Assembly: GCA_044376115.1 (NCBI GenBank)
Contig: JBILLK010000003.1
Span: forward strand, 32,001-96,000
Length of the DNA: 64,000 bases
From: Polyangiaceae bacterium
GTDB taxonomy: Bacteria > Myxococcota_A > Polyangia > Polyangiales > Polyangiaceae
Reading direction: 5' to 3'
Made by a program: the position numbers and the translations under genes. Under the pieces are notes generated by a model. It did not search any database. It was given only the letters and a program-made list of their open reading frames with translations, and was not told the DNA's origin. Below are positions 19,480 through 30,629 of this stretch, piece after piece. Each line of letters begins with the position of its first letter. The first letter of the stretch is position 1.

Positions 19480-21753
19480 ATGGCTACTATGCCGCTGATG
19501 CCCACGTTCGACGAAGAGGTCGCTGAGACACGTCGCTGGTTCCAAAGTGAACGATTCCGAGGCAAGAAACGCCTCTACTCCCCAAGGGAAGTCGTTGAGC
19601 AACGCGGTTCGATCCGCAATGACTACACGGTTGCCAGAGAGGCGGCCCAGGCCTTCCACGCGCGGCTGCGAGAGCTGTTCGAGCAGGGCAAGAGCATCAC
19701 TACCTTCGGTCCGTATTCGCCCGGCCAAGCCGTGGCTATGAAGCGCATGGGCATCGAGGGCATCTACCTCGGGGGTTGGGCCACCAGCGCAAAGGGCTCT
19801 CAGCAGGAGGATCCTGGCCCCGATTTGGCGAGCTACCCGCTCAGCCAGGTGCCCAATGAAGCGGCTCCCATCGTGCGGGCGCTGCTCACCGCGGACAAGA
19901 ACCAGTTCCAGGCTCGCGCGCGCATGACCGAGGAGCAGCGCGCAGCGACGCCGGTCGTAGATTTCCGGCCCTTCATCATCGCTGACGCTGACACAGGCCA
20001 TGGCGGTGACGCACAGGTTCGCAACTTGGTTCGGCGCTTCGTGGAGGTCGGTGTGCCCGGCTATCACATCGAAGATCAGAAGCCGGGCGTGAAGAAGTGT
20101 GGCCATCAAGGCGGCAAAGTCCTGGTGTCCGAAGACGAGCAGATCAAGCGCTTGAGCGCGGCTCGCTTCCAACTCGACATCATGGGCGTTCCCGGGCTGG
20201 TCGTCGCTCGCACCGATGCCGAGTCGGCGACGCTGCTCGACGGCCGCAGCGATGAACGGGATCAGCCCTTCATTCTCGGAGCATCCAACGTCAACGTGCC
20301 CACTTTCAAGGCAGCGTTCTTGGCGCTGCTGCGTCGCTTCCACAGTCGCGGCATCGAGGAGTTGAGCGGGCATGAACTGTATGCCCTCGCGGAAGAGCAA
20401 TACGTCGCTGCCGAAGCCTGGATCGACAACGCAGGCCTCGGCCCCGTGTTCGAGGAGGCGATGGCCGAGTACGAAAAGCGCGGCAAGACCGGCGTAGATA
20501 CAGCGCTGGACAAGGTCTTCGATCGTCTGGTGGACGTGTGGCAGGTGGAGGCCGAGGTGAAGACCTTCGGTCGCGCCGTGGCCGACGAAATGCGCTTCCT
20601 CGCCAATGAGGGCGTCCACTTCGCGATGACGGAAGAGGAGTGGCTCAAGTTCGCCTCGCGCGCCTCCTTCTACGAAATCTCGCAGAAGGCCAAGGAGATG
20701 GGCGTCGATGTGCAATGGGATTGCGAGCACGCCAAGACGCCGGACGGCTACTACCAAGTGCGTGGCGGTATCGACTACGCGATCGCCAAGTCGCTTGGCG
20801 TTGCACCGTACGCGGACCTTCTGTGGATGGAGACCAAGACGGCGGATCTCCATGACGCCAAGATCTACGCAGACGCCATTCACGCGGCCTTCCCCGACGC
20901 GATGCTCGCCTACAACCTCTCGCCATCCTTCAATTGGGACACCACCGGCATGTCCGAGGACGAGATGCGTCGCTTCCCCGAGGAGCTCGGGAAGATGGGC
21001 TTCGTCTTCAACTTCATCACCTACGGTGGTCACCAGATCGACGGCCTCGCAGGTGAAGAGTTCGCGCTGGCGTTGCGTGAGGAGGGCATGCTCGCGCTCG
21101 CGCGGCTACAGCGTAAGTTCCGCCTGCTCGAATCCCCGTACCGCACGCCGCAGACGCTGGTCGGTGGGCCGCGCGGTGACGCAGCCTTGATGGCGCTCAC
21201 CGGCCGAACCTCGACCACCAAGGCGATGGGCAAGGGCTCAACGCAGTTCCAACACACCGTGGTGACCGAGACTCCACCCAAGCTGCTTGAAGACTGGCTG
21301 GAGATCTGGAGCCAACGTCACGAGATCCCGGGCAAGCTTCGGGTCGCGCTCAAGCCACACAGCGCTGGTTCCGAGCTGCTCGAGCTCGCCATCCTCGGCC
21401 CCAATCAAAGCAAAGCGGCCAACGTCATCTTCAACGCCATCCAAGATCGACGCGGGCGGCGCATCCTCTCGATTCGCGATCAGAACACCTTCGATCTGTC
21501 GCTTCGTCGCAAGCGGATGATGACGCTGGCGCAGCTGTTCTTGATCCACCGCTACAAGATCGACTCGGTGCACTACCTGACGCCCACCGAGGACAACAAG
21601 CATCAGGCTGAAGGCATGCGTGCACGCGGCCTGTTCAGCAACGTCAACGACGAGGTCGGTGAGATCATCGTCGCCGACGTGAACAAAGAGCGCGTGAAGT
21701 CCCTACTCGAGGCCGACCGCGCTGCGCTCAAAACGCTGGTCGCCGAGACCTGA
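19480..21753 (+). CDS. aceA: Isocitrate lyase, large ICL2 type
   Basis: [48 protein letters not shown]; extra C-terminal domain (IRDQNTF...HYLTPTEDN). Confidence 0.95.
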   Translation: MATMPLMPTFDEEVAETRRWFQSERFRGKKRLYSPREVVEQRGSIRNDYTVAREAAQAFHARLRELFEQGKSITTFGPYSPGQAVAMKRMGIEGIYLGGWATSAKGSQQEDPGPDLASYPLSQVPNEAAPIVRALLTADKNQFQARARMTEEQRAATPVVDFRPFIIADADTGHGGDAQVRNLVRRFVEVGVPGYHIEDQKPGVKKCGHQGGKVLVSEDEQIKRLSAARFQLDIMGVPGLVVARTDAESATLLDGRSDERDQPFILGASNVNVPTFKAAFLALLRRFHSRGIEELSGHELYALAEEQYVAAEAWIDNAGLGPVFEEAMAEYEKRGKTGVDTALDKVFDRLVDVWQVEAEVKTFGRAVADEMRFLANEGVHFAMTEEEWLKFASRASFYEISQKAKEMGVDVQWDCEHAKTPDGYYQVRGGIDYAIAKSLGVAPYADLLWMETKTADLHDAKIYADAIHAAFPDAMLAYNLSPSFNWDTTGMSEDEMRRFPEELGKMGFVFNFITYGGHQIDGLAGEEFALALREEGMLALARLQRKFRLLESPYRTPQTLVGGPRGDAALMALTGRTSTTKAMGKGSTQFQHTVVTETPPKLLEDWLEIWSQRHEIPGKLRVALKPHSAGSELLELAILGPNQSKAANVIFNAIQDRRGRRILSIRDQNTFDLSLRRKRMMTLAQLFLIHRYKIDSVHYLTPTEDNKHQAEGMRARGLFSNVNDEVGEIIVADVNKERVKSLLEADRAALKTLVAET

Positions 21754-21779
21754 AATGAACGGCTGACGCGGGGGCCCGG

Positions 21780-22742
21780 CTAACGCGGGGCCCGGCGCGC
21801 AGCTTGCGCACCAAAGGCCTCGCGAGCGGCCGTACTCATCACCTCCGCCACCGTTCGCAACGCCTCGGCGATCGATGAGCGTTTTCTGAACGCCAGCACC
21901 AAGGTTCTGCGTGCGCGCGCGTCTTTCAAGTTACGCGTCGCGACCTCCGCTCGCGCTGTTTCGACAGCTACGGCAATGGTGGGAAGCAAGGTGACCCCGG
22001 CTCCAGCGCCGACCATCTGCACCAAGGTGGAGAGGCTGGTCGCGCGGAACTCATGTTCGGTCACGTCGCTCGCCGAGCAGATTTCGAGCGTCTGACTGCG
22101 GAAACAATGGCCTTCCTCGAGCAGGAGCAGCTCATTGCCAGAGAGCTCATCGAGCGACATTGCGCCTTTGCCCTTGGCCAACCGGTGCCCTTTGGGCGTG
22201 CACAAGACGAACGGATCGATGAAGACGGTGGCATGGTCGACGAGGCCAAGGTCCGCCTCGAGCGCGAGTAACGCTGCGTCCAAGGCGCCGGCCTCGAGCT
22301 GGTGAACCAGGTTCTCGGTCTTATCCTCGACCCAACGTACAGCGAGCTTTTTGCAGCGCGTGCGCAAGGCCGGCGTGATGGCCGGTAGCAAGTACGGCGA
22401 GATGGTTGGGATCACGCCAAACGTCAGCGTGCCGCTCAATGGGTCTTTCTGCCGTTGTGCGTCTTCCTCGAGGTCCATCGCCTCGCGCAAGGTGGCCTGT
22501 GCGCGCTTGATCAAGGGTGCTCCCTGCGCGGTGATCATGACGCCGCGGCGATCACGCTCGAAGAGGCGCACGCCAAGCCCATCCTCCAGCTCCTTCAGCT
22601 GCGCGCTGAGTGACGGTTGCGAGACGTTGAGCAGCTTGGCTGCGGCGCGGAAGCTCAACGTTTCGGAGACCGCTACGGCGTATTGAAGTTGCCGCAGCGT
22701 GAAGTTGTGAAGTCGCAGCAGCCGTTTGGAGGGGACGTCCAT
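21780..22742 (-). CDS. oxyR: OxyR-like H2O2-sensing LysR regulator
   Basis: LysR HTH, GVIPTISPYLLP, LLEEGHCFRSQTLEIC (two redox Cys), ATSL.TL.QMV; divergent from ahpC. Confidence 0.9.
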   Translation of the reverse strand: MDVPSKRLLRLHNFTLRQLQYAVAVSETLSFRAAAKLLNVSQPSLSAQLKELEDGLGVRLFERDRRGVMITAQGAPLIKRAQATLREAMDLEEDAQRQKDPLSGTLTFGVIPTISPYLLPAITPALRTRCKKLAVRWVEDKTENLVHQLEAGALDAALLALEADLGLVDHATVFIDPFVLCTPKGHRLAKGKGAMSLDELSGNELLLLEEGHCFRSQTLEICSASDVTEHEFRATSLSTLVQMVGAGAGVTLLPTIAVAVETARAEVATRNLKDARARRTLVLAFRKRSSIAEALRTVAEVMSTAAREAFGAQAARRAPR

Positions 22743-22744
22743 CT

Positions 22745-22759
22745 ATAGTCATAGACTAT
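22745..22759. promoter_or_regulatory. OxyR binding motif ATAG-N7-CTAT
   Basis: atagtcatagactat between oxyR and ahpC, with a further ATAG at 22762. Confidence 0.7.
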
Positions 22760-22855
22760 CAATAGATTCGTATTCATGTCTTGGAAGAATCAAGTCCAAG
22801 CCACCATGCTCTCTCCCAGATGCAGGGCGCACCGCCCAAAACAAGGAGTTGCAGC

Positions 22856-23395
22856 ATGTTGACCGTAGGTGATCGGCTTCCGTCTTTCAGTCTTCAATCC
22901 GTCGTCAGCCTCGAGCCGCAAAAGGAGTTCACCACCCTCTCCGAGACCAGCTTCCCCAACCGCTGGCTGGTGCTCTTCTTCTGGCCGATGGACTTCACCT
23001 TCGTCTGCCCGACCGAGCTCGCTGAGTTCAGTCGCCGCAATCGCGACTTCCAGGATCGCGAGGCGCAGGTCCTCGGGGTCAGCACCGACACCCAGTTCGT
23101 CCACCTCGCTTGGCGCAAATCCCATCCGGATCTGACCAACCTCGCGTACCCGATGCTCGCCGACACCAAACGAGAGCTGTCCACCGCGCTCGGTGTGCTT
23201 CACAAGCAGGAAGGCGTTCCGCTGCGTGCGACCTATCTCGTGGACCCGACGGGTGTGATTCGCCACGTCAGCGTCAATGACCTCTCGGTGGGTCGGAATG
23301 TGGATGAGACGCTGCGTATCCTGGACGCCTTCCAGACCGACGAGCTCTGTCCGTGCAACTGGAAGAAGGGCGAAGCCACGCTGAAGGGAGGCTGA
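22856..23395 (+). CDS. ahpC: Peroxiredoxin AhpC
   Basis: FWPMDFTFVCPTE, VGRNVDETLRILDA.QTDELCPCNW; AAGGAG RBS. Confidence 0.97.
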   Translation: MLTVGDRLPSFSLQSVVSLEPQKEFTTLSETSFPNRWLVLFFWPMDFTFVCPTELAEFSRRNRDFQDREAQVLGVSTDTQFVHLAWRKSHPDLTNLAYPMLADTKRELSTALGVLHKQEGVPLRATYLVDPTGVIRHVSVNDLSVGRNVDETLRILDAFQTDELCPCNWKKGEATLKGG

Positions 23396-23396
23396 G

Positions 23397-23942
23397 ATGA
23401 GCGCGCTGGAACGCGTGCGGGACGCACTTCCCGAAGAGGCGAAAGACATTCGGCTGAACCTTCAGTCCTTGCTTCAAGGAACCACCCTCACGCCCGACCA
23501 GCGCTGGGGCGTGGCGATCGCCGCAGCGGTCACCACGAAGAACGCCGAGCTGATGCGCGCCATGCGCGAAGCCGCACAGTCCGAGACGACGCAAGCCGTC
23601 GTTTCGGACGCGATCGCGGCGGCCACGCTGATGGCGATGAACAACGTCTTCTATCGATTCCGCCACCAGATCGGTAAGGAGACCTACGCTGAGAGGCCGG
23701 CTCGACTGCGCATGAATCGGCTGGTGAATCCAAGCTCCAGTCGCGTGAACTTCGAGCTGATGTCGCTAGCGGTCAGTGCGATCAACGGCTGTGAAACCTG
23801 CGTGCGTGCGCATGAGAAGGTCGTGCTCGAGGGCGGTCTGACCGAGGAGCACGTGCTCGAGGCGGTGAGGATCGCTGCGGTGGTGCAAGCGGCCTCGGTG
23901 GGTCTGGCTGCAACCTTGCTGCAAGACCCGAGCGCGGCTTAA
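23397..23942 (+). CDS. ahpD: Alkylhydroperoxidase AhpD
   Basis: AKDIRLNL, MAMNNVFYRF, FEL.SLAVSAINGCETCVRAHE. Confidence 0.95.
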   Translation: MSALERVRDALPEEAKDIRLNLQSLLQGTTLTPDQRWGVAIAAAVTTKNAELMRAMREAAQSETTQAVVSDAIAAATLMAMNNVFYRFRHQIGKETYAERPARLRMNRLVNPSSSRVNFELMSLAVSAINGCETCVRAHEKVVLEGGLTEEHVLEAVRIAAVVQAASVGLAATLLQDPSAA

Positions 23943-25893
23943 GGGTCGAGCACCAGCTGACCAAATCGCTCAGGTACGTGGAAGTTCGGCCGTTTGGTCA
24001 GGGTGGGTCGCCAGGCGAGGTACTGTCGCTCACCCTGGCCCTCCATGCGGTAGACCGCCAACGGCAGCTCGCGGCCAGGCTCGAACAAGCTGGTGAGGTC
24101 GCTCGCGTCGAGGCGCAGTTCGATCGTCGCGGTTCGCTTCTGCGCGTCATGCGTCGCGGCTGATTTCACGCCGGAGCTCCAGTCGACGTTCGAGAGCTTC
24201 TTGTCGCGATCGATCTCGAGATCGAGGAAGTGACCCAACGGCCCGACCTCGATCTCGAAGTAGCGCTGCGGTTCGCTCAGCGAGCGACCGATGAAGAGCT
24301 CCACGCAGTCCTCCTCGTAGAGCTTCGCCCGCTCGACCTCGGTTGGTCGGGTCTTGTCGCTGAAGAGGCCAGCGTTCGTTAGCTCAAAGCCCGCGTAGAG
24401 AGCGTCCTTCGACCAGAGCAGCCGCACACGCGTGCTCGTGTTGGTTGGTGGTGGCTCCACTCCAGTCGGTTGCAAACTCGATTGGGGTCGCCTGTTGCCA
24501 CGCTGGTTCGCTGAGCGAGCCGTCGAGCTCGATCGTTCCGTTGAGCGAAGCAGCGTGGGCACGGCTGGGCGTACTCGCTGAAGACGCTGTCGTCCCCGCG
24601 TCGGCGCGCAACTCGAAGGGAGCCATCGAGCGGAAGACGAAGGCCGGTGGCGAGTTCACGAGCGCAGCGCCGTTGCCCTCGACCACCGTCTTTCCGAAGT
24701 CGACGCCGAAGCGCTCGGCGGCCTTGGTGATCAACGGGGAGGTGTCTCGGCCTTGTAGACCGAGCGCGAGCTTCGCGTTCTTCCATGCGCCCAACGCTCG
24801 AGCACCAACCTGATCTACGCGCACAGCGTTGGTACCGCCGATGGCGAGGGCCTTGGGCAGCGGGACGATCAGCTGAAAGCCGTCTCCTTGGGTCATCGGC
24901 GTGCCCTCGAGCAGCGTTACGTCCGGCGCTGCGACCTCGAGCACGTCGACCATACGTTTGGCGAACTTGTCGAGCGCGCCGACGAAGAAGGAGCGATCTT
25001 CTGCGCCCTCTTTGCGTTGCTTGAGGTACTCGCTGAGCTCCTCATGCATGTGGAACTTTTGCCGATGTGCAGGCGAGCCCGAGCTGAGCATGACGATGCC
25101 TTGCAGGCCCTTGATACCGAGGGAGACCACCGAAAAACGGTGCGCCTTCATCTTGGGGATGTTGATGAAGAGACCGCCATTGAGGTGCTCGGCCAGGACT
25201 TTGGGAAGAAGCAACGTAGGCACCGAGGTCTTGCCCATGCCGTTCACGCGCACTGGCTTTCCCGGCTGAGTTCCTTCCACGTTGAACACGCCGTCGTCGC
25301 ACATGCACACCAGCGGAACGTTCTCTTCCTTTGCGAGGTCTGCGTAGCCCGAGACGTCGACCAGCTTCTTCCAGTAGTCGTGCGGACCTCCCCAGCCGTC
25401 GGCAACGATGATGTTTGTGTGACCGCGCTCACGCAGACAGCGGATCACCCCACGAACGAACTCAGGGTTGGTGATGCGACCATCAACGCCGTTGTCTCCG
25501 CCGGATTTCTTGGGGTCCTTCAAGCTGTCGAAGCCACCGATATTGGGCTTGAGCAGCACTGGCGTTGCCGCCGATCGCTTCGGCACCACCGCTTCACACA
25601 GATCGTGACCGAGCTTGGTTGGGTCATCCCCGGTCAAGGCAATCACCGGCGATAGGTCATTCTTGAAGCGGTCGAGATTGCGTTTGCGGAGGGCCGCTCC
25701 ATCAATCGAGCCTTCGACCAACACAGGCTCGTAGTTGCCGGCCTCCGAGGCATGCGACACCAGCACTCGCGCTTATGGTTGCCGTGGCTTGAGCGACGGA
25801 AGTTAGCGGCTCAGCGCTGGGTTCAGAGCTTGGTTCGCTCGCGCAGGCTCCAATGAGCAAGCCTGCAACACCCAACGCCGGGCCGCGCAACAC
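23939..25893 (-). pseudogene. Lipoprotein with DUF362 and C-terminal CBM9-like domains, split by two frameshifts
   Basis: Three abutting frames: signal/lipobox (25893 to about 25760), DUF362 (LLKPN, TNPEFV, INIPKMKAH; 25766 to about 24445) and CBM9-like (STRVRLLWS..ALY, LYEEDCVELFI, YFEIEVGPLG, NFHVPERFG; about 24440-23939). Confidence 0.75.
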
Positions 25894-25894
25894 G

Positions 25895-27205
25895 TCACTT
25901 CTTCTTCGGCTCGTCGCTCGGAACTACTTCGGTGGCGAGCTCGTCGTCGTCGTCGTCGTCGTCGTCATCGTCGTCGTCGTCATCGTCATCGTCGTCGTCG
26001 TCATCGTCGTCGTCGTCATCGTCGTCGTCGGCATCGTCGTCGTCGTCGTCGTCATCGTCGTCGTCGTCGGCATCATCCGCTGCTGCTTCGGGAGCTGCAT
26101 CATCAGCGGGAGCTGCATCATCCGCTGCTGCTTCGGGAGCTGCATCATCCGCTGCTGCTTCGGGAGCTGCATCATCAGCGGGAGCTGCATCATCAGCGGG
26201 AGCCGCCTCGACCACCACTGGCGGGGGCGCAACCTCGCCCTCGTCGTTGGCTGCCGCCGAATACGCGTCCGGCTCCGCCTCAGAGGTGTCGAAGGCTTCC
26301 GAGCTTAAGTCGGCTTCACCTGCGAAGGCGGCTGGCGCAACCTCCACGGGCTCCGCGTCGCTCGCTGCGTCCGCGTCAGACTCGGCCTCGCTCTCTTCTG
26401 CGAGGGCCAGAGCGAGGCGTTGGGCCGCGTCGGCGATGCCGCCAAAGCCCTCCGCATCCAACGAAGCTCCACCCACGAGCGCCCCGTCGATGTCGGCCTC
26501 TCCAAGGAGACCCGCCGCGTTGTCTGCCTTCACGCTGCCGCCGTAGAGAACGCACGTCGCTTCGGCTAGCTCCTCGTTGACCTCAGCGAGCAACTCGCGA
26601 ATCCGCCCGTGAACCTGTTGTGCGTCTTGCGGGCTCGCGACGCGGCCAGTGCCGATGGCCCACACAGGTTCGTAGGCCACCACGCCAACACCGGGCGAGG
26701 TTGCCAAGAGCCCCATGAAGGCTCGAAGTTGGCGCTCCACCACAGCCAACGTTTGTCCGGCCTCACGCTCAGCGAGCGTCTCCCCAACACAAACGATCGG
26801 CCGCAAATCAGCTTCGAGTGCGGCCTTGGTCTTCTCGGCGACGCTCTCATCGGTCTCACCGAAGAGCTGACGCCGTTCACTATGTCCGATGATCACCCAG
26901 GTAGCGCCAGCGTCGCGCAACATCGGTGCGCTCACTTCACCGGTGAACGCGCCAGACGACTTCGCGTGGAGGTTCTGCGCCGCGACGCCGACGCCAAAGC
27001 CTTCAGAAACGTCGATGCTCCCGCGGACCTCTTCCACCTCGTGCGCGACCGCTGCGATGGCGGTGAAGGGCGGGGCAACCACCACGTCCACGCGATCGTT
27101 GACGCGCGTGCGCTTGGCCACTGCGTTGGCCAACTCGCACGCGTCCCGACCGCCCATGTTCATCTTCCAATTGCCGGCAATGAGCGGCCGTCGGAAGGGG
27201 TTCAT
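25895..27205 (-). CDS. tpiA: Triosephosphate isomerase with a long acidic C-terminal extension
   Basis: [50 protein letters not shown]. Confidence 0.98.
   Translation of the reverse strand: MNPFRRPLIAGNWKMNMGGRDACELANAVAKRTRVNDRVDVVVAPPFTAIAAVAHEVEEVRGSIDVSEGFGVGVAAQNLHAKSSGAFTGEVSAPMLRDAGATWVIIGHSERRQLFGETDESVAEKTKAALEADLRPIVCVGETLAEREAGQTLAVVERQLRAFMGLLATSPGVGVVAYEPVWAIGTGRVASPQDAQQVHGRIRELLAEVNEELAEATCVLYGGSVKADNAAGLLGEADIDGALVGGASLDAEGFGGIADAAQRLALALAEESEAESDADAASDAEPVEVAPAAFAGEADLSSEAFDTSEAEPDAYSAAANDEGEVAPPPVVVEAAPADDAAPADDAAPEAAADDAAPEAAADDAAPADDAAPEAAADDADDDDDDDDDDDDADDDDDDDDDDDDDDDDDDDDDDDDDDDDDELATEVVPSDEPKKK
25943..26203 (-). repeat. Coding trinucleotide (GAC/GAT) microsatellite plus 18- and 27-nt tandem units in tpiA
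   Basis: 29 Asp codons (25943-26029), 12 Asp codons (26033-26068), then ADDAAP and AAADDAAPE repeats. Confidence 0.95.
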
Positions 27206-28413
27206 GAAGCGGTCTCCAGCGCCACCACGCCCGGCAAACGCTTGCCTTCAATCAGCTCGAGCGATGCGCCGCCGCCGGTCGAAATGTGGTCGATCTTGGC
27301 TGCGACCTCGGCTCCGGCGAGCTTGATCGCCGCTGCGCTATCCCCGCCGCCCACCACCGTGAAGCCCTCGACTTCGGCGAGCGCACGAGCCACGTCGAGC
27401 GTGCCATCGGAGAAGGCCGGCGTCTCGAACAGGCCCATCGGGCCGTTCCAGAACACTGTCTTCGCCGAGGCGAGCTCCGCCCGAATCAGGTCGACCGTCT
27501 TCGGTCCGATGTCCAACGCCATCGTCTCTTCGGGGACTGCGCCGACCATTACGACCTGCCCACTCGTCGCGTCGAGCGAGCTCGCGACCTTGACGTCGAC
27601 GGGCAGCACCAGCTTCACGTTGCGTGCGCCGGCCTTCTCCATGATCGTTCGTGCGAGCGCGAGCTTGTCCGACTCGATCAGGCTCTTTTGCATGTTTCGG
27701 CCTTGTGCTGCGAGGAAGGTGTTGGCCATCGCACCGCCGATGCAAAGCACCGAGCACTTGGCGAGCAGCGCCTCCACGACCTCGATCTTGTCGCTCACTT
27801 TGGCGCCACCGAGGATCGCCACGAACGGCTTCTCCGGGTTGTCCACTACGCGGCTCAGCGCGCGCAGCTCCTTCTCGAGCAAGAAGCCCGCTGCTCGATC
27901 ACGCACCATCAGCGGCAGTGCATGCACCGAGGCGTGCGCACGATGCACGCAGCCGAAGGCGTCATCCACATAGGCGTCGCAGAGCTCCGCGAGTTGCCTC
28001 GCGAAGCCCTCATCATTGGCCTCCTCCTCGGGGTGGAAGCGCAAATTCTCGAGCAGGCAAACCTGGCCTACTCGCAGATCATGAATCACCTTCTTCGGAC
28101 CATCGCCGACGCAGTCCTCCGGAACGTGGACCTCCCAATCGGTGAGCTCGGCGAGCCGCGCTCCGCAGATCTCGAGGCTCAGGCCCTCTTTTTTTCCCGG
28201 CTTGGGCCGACCCATGTGGGAAGCGAGAATGACTCGTGCGCCCTTTTCCATCGCAAAGCGAATGGTGGGAAGCGCCTCTCGGATCCGCGCGTCATCGGTG
28301 ATCGCGCCGGTCTTCTTGTCCAGCGGGACGTTGAAATCCACGCGAATGAAGACACGCTTGTTCTCGAGCCCGCGACCTTCGTCGGCTGCAGCTAGATCGG
28401 CGATGGTTTTCAC
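27202..28413 (-). CDS. pgk: Phosphoglycerate kinase
   Basis: [60 protein letters not shown]. Confidence 0.99.
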   Translation of the reverse strand: MKTIADLAAADEGRGLENKRVFIRVDFNVPLDKKTGAITDDARIREALPTIRFAMEKGARVILASHMGRPKPGKKEGLSLEICGARLAELTDWEVHVPEDCVGDGPKKVIHDLRVGQVCLLENLRFHPEEEANDEGFARQLAELCDAYVDDAFGCVHRAHASVHALPLMVRDRAAGFLLEKELRALSRVVDNPEKPFVAILGGAKVSDKIEVVEALLAKCSVLCIGGAMANTFLAAQGRNMQKSLIESDKLALARTIMEKAGARNVKLVLPVDVKVASSLDATSGQVVMVGAVPEETMALDIGPKTVDLIRAELASAKTVFWNGPMGLFETPAFSDGTLDVARALAEVEGFTVVGGGDSAAAIKLAGAEVAAKIDHISTGGGASLELIEGKRLPGVVALETAS

Positions 28414-28420
28414 GCGGACC

Positions 28421-29446
28421 TCAGAGACCCTTGGCCTGCATCATCAGGGCGAGATCGATCATGCGATTCGAGAAGCCCCACTCGTTGTCGTACCAGGCGA
28501 AGATCTTGGCGAAGCGATCCCCGAGCACCTGGGTCATGGTTGCGTCGAAGGTGCTCGAAGCGGGGTTGCCAATGAAGTCGTTCGAGACGAGCTGCTCCTC
28601 CGTATAAGCGAGCACGTTCTTCATTGGGCCTGACTCGGCAGCAGCCTTCATCGCCGCGTGGATCGCGTCTTTGGTCAGCGTCTTAGTCGTGGTCAGCGTC
28701 AGGTCTACGAGGCTCACGTCCACGGTTGGGACGCGCACGGCTTGACCATCGAACTTACCCTTGAGCGCCGGAATGACCTCGGAGAGCGCCTTCGCAGCGC
28801 CCGTCGACGACGGGATCATGCTGACGGCAGCTGCACGTGCGCGACGAAGATCGCCCTTGCGGTGCGGCACGTCGAGGATGTGTTGGTCGTTGGTGTACGA
28901 ATGGATGGTGGTCATCAGCCCGTGCTCAACGCCGAAGTTGTCCAGCATGACCTTGGCGACCGGAGCGAGGCAGTTCGTAGTGCACGAGCCGCACGAAACG
29001 ATGCTGTGCGACTTTGCGTCGTAGGCCTCGTCGTTGACGCCCATGACCACCGTCACGTCGTGGCCTTTGGCCGGCGCGCTGATGATCACCTTCTTGGCGC
29101 CTGCGGCGAGGTGAGCGGCAGCCTTCTCCTTGTCGGTGAACAAGCCCGTGCATTCGAGCACGATGTCCACTCCCAGCTCTTTCCACGGAAGATCCGCGGG
29201 ATCCTTGTGGGCGGTGACGCGGACGTCGTGGTCACCGATGCGAATCGAGCTCTCGCCAGCCGAGATCGTCGCACCCTTGAACTCACGGTGGATCGAGTCG
29301 TACTTGAGCAGGTGAGCCAGGGTCTTCGGATCGGTGAGATCATTGATCCCAACGAGCTCAAGACCGTCGACTTTGCGCTCCGTGAGAGCGCGAACAATGC
29401 AGCGACCGATGCGACCGAAACCGTTAATCGCGACTTTCGTGGCCAT
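28421..29446 (-). CDS. gap: Glyceraldehyde-3-phosphate dehydrogenase, type I
   Basis: [48 protein letters not shown]. Confidence 0.99.
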   Translation of the reverse strand: MATKVAINGFGRIGRCIVRALTERKVDGLELVGINDLTDPKTLAHLLKYDSIHREFKGATISAGESSIRIGDHDVRVTAHKDPADLPWKELGVDIVLECTGLFTDKEKAAAHLAAGAKKVIISAPAKGHDVTVVMGVNDEAYDAKSHSIVSCGSCTTNCLAPVAKVMLDNFGVEHGLMTTIHSYTNDQHILDVPHRKGDLRRARAAAVSMIPSSTGAAKALSEVIPALKGKFDGQAVRVPTVDVSLVDLTLTTTKTLTKDAIHAAMKAAAESGPMKNVLAYTEEQLVSNDFIGNPASSTFDATMTQVLGDRFAKIFAWYDNEWGFSNRMIDLALMMQAKGL

Positions 29447-29591
29447 GGGGACCTCCTACCGACGCCGTGGTGGTAGTCGCGCCAGGGGTGAGCCGCAAGC
29501 CTCGGCGGTCTGTGTCGGTCGGAACTGCGACCAGGTGAGCTGGAAAGCCCTAGCGGACGAAGGGCACTTCCAGCTCCCACTCGCGGTTGCT

Positions 29592-30461
29592 TCAGCCGCC
29601 GCGCCGGCGCTCCGGGTGCGGCGGGCCAGCCTCGATACGGTCGGCGAGCTTCTCCCGCTGTTCGGCGGTGAGCAGCGGGACCACGACCGCCAACGCTTCA
29701 AGCATTTTGGCAGGCCCATGGGCTTCATCGGGCGCGGGCAGACTTGCTTTGGCTGAGAAATCGTTGCCGGCAAAATCGTTGAGCGCCTTTTCGAACTTGG
29801 CGCGCATTTCGCTGCGTTTGGACTCAAAGCCAGCCTCTTGGGGACCCAGGCCGGCTTGGGTGAGCGCGCTCTGAATCGCCTTCTGCTGAGCATCGGTCAC
29901 GTCGAGGTCCCGCAACATGAACTTCATTGGGTCGCCTTTCGGTCCGCGCCCCCTTGCGCCTTTGGGACCGTGCTCGGCGTCGTGGTTGGCCTCGTGCTCA
30001 CGCTTCTTTTCGTTGAGAGCTGTGACGAGGGACTGGCGCTGTTCCGCGCTGAGGAGGGCGTGAAGCCGGTCGAGGTTCGCGGCCATCTTCTCGTGCATCG
30101 GCGCAGGGCCGGAGCCCTTGAGGCTCGCTACGTCGACGGTGCCTGTACGGATCGCCGCAGCGAGTTCGCGCGCCCTCGCTTCATGGTCCTTCCTGTCCTT
30201 GGGGCGGCCAGCGTCGAGCATCCCCTCGATCTCGGTCTTTTGTGCATCGCTCAGCTCGAGCTCTTGCAGCGCGGTCATGAGCAGCATTGCGCCAGGCGGT
30301 GGGTGATGGCCTCGGAAGTGCGCTCCCTTGGCCCCGCTGCTGATTTCGTCGTCGGCCGACTCGACGTCTTCGTCGACCAGCGACGTTGAGGCGCCACAGC
30401 CCGTGAGAGCAATCATGCTCGCGAAAACCAGCGCCCCAGAAATTGATCGAACCCAGCTCAT
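29592..30461 (-). CDS. Spy/CpxP (LTXXQ) family periplasmic chaperone lipoprotein
   Basis: Lipobox LTGC; LELSDAQK, LLSAEQR, LDVTDAQQ, LLTAEQR motifs. Confidence 0.8.
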   Translation of the reverse strand: MSWVRSISGALVFASMIALTGCGASTSLVDEDVESADDEISSGAKGAHFRGHHPPPGAMLLMTALQELELSDAQKTEIEGMLDAGRPKDRKDHEARARELAAAIRTGTVDVASLKGSGPAPMHEKMAANLDRLHALLSAEQRQSLVTALNEKKREHEANHDAEHGPKGARGRGPKGDPMKFMLRDLDVTDAQQKAIQSALTQAGLGPQEAGFESKRSEMRAKFEKALNDFAGNDFSAKASLPAPDEAHGPAKMLEALAVVVPLLTAEQREKLADRIEAGPPHPERRRGG

Positions 30462-30629
30462 GCCTATGACCCCTTGATTGAATGTTTGCGGCTCGCAGCG
30501 ACCCAACGGTTTGCGCTGACGAATCCATCATGGGCGCCGCGCGCCGCCGGTGCTTGTTGCAAGTGTTTGGGGAACGTTAGCGATTGTGAAGGTCGCCCCG
30601 GGGATCCGCCAGTGCACTACGCTCACGGG

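Noticed and set aside
19285..21033. 582-aa ORF antisense to aceA
   Set aside because: Shadow ORF from strong GC3 codon bias; no recognisable motifs, and the plus strand is clearly isocitrate lyase.
25853..26546. Poly-Val, poly-Ser and poly-Thr ORFs
   Set aside because: Alternative frames of the tpiA poly-Asp repeat.
26609..29476. Long plus-strand ORFs (454, 369 and 272 aa) opposite tpiA, pgk and gap
   Set aside because: Antisense shadows of highly biased housekeeping genes.
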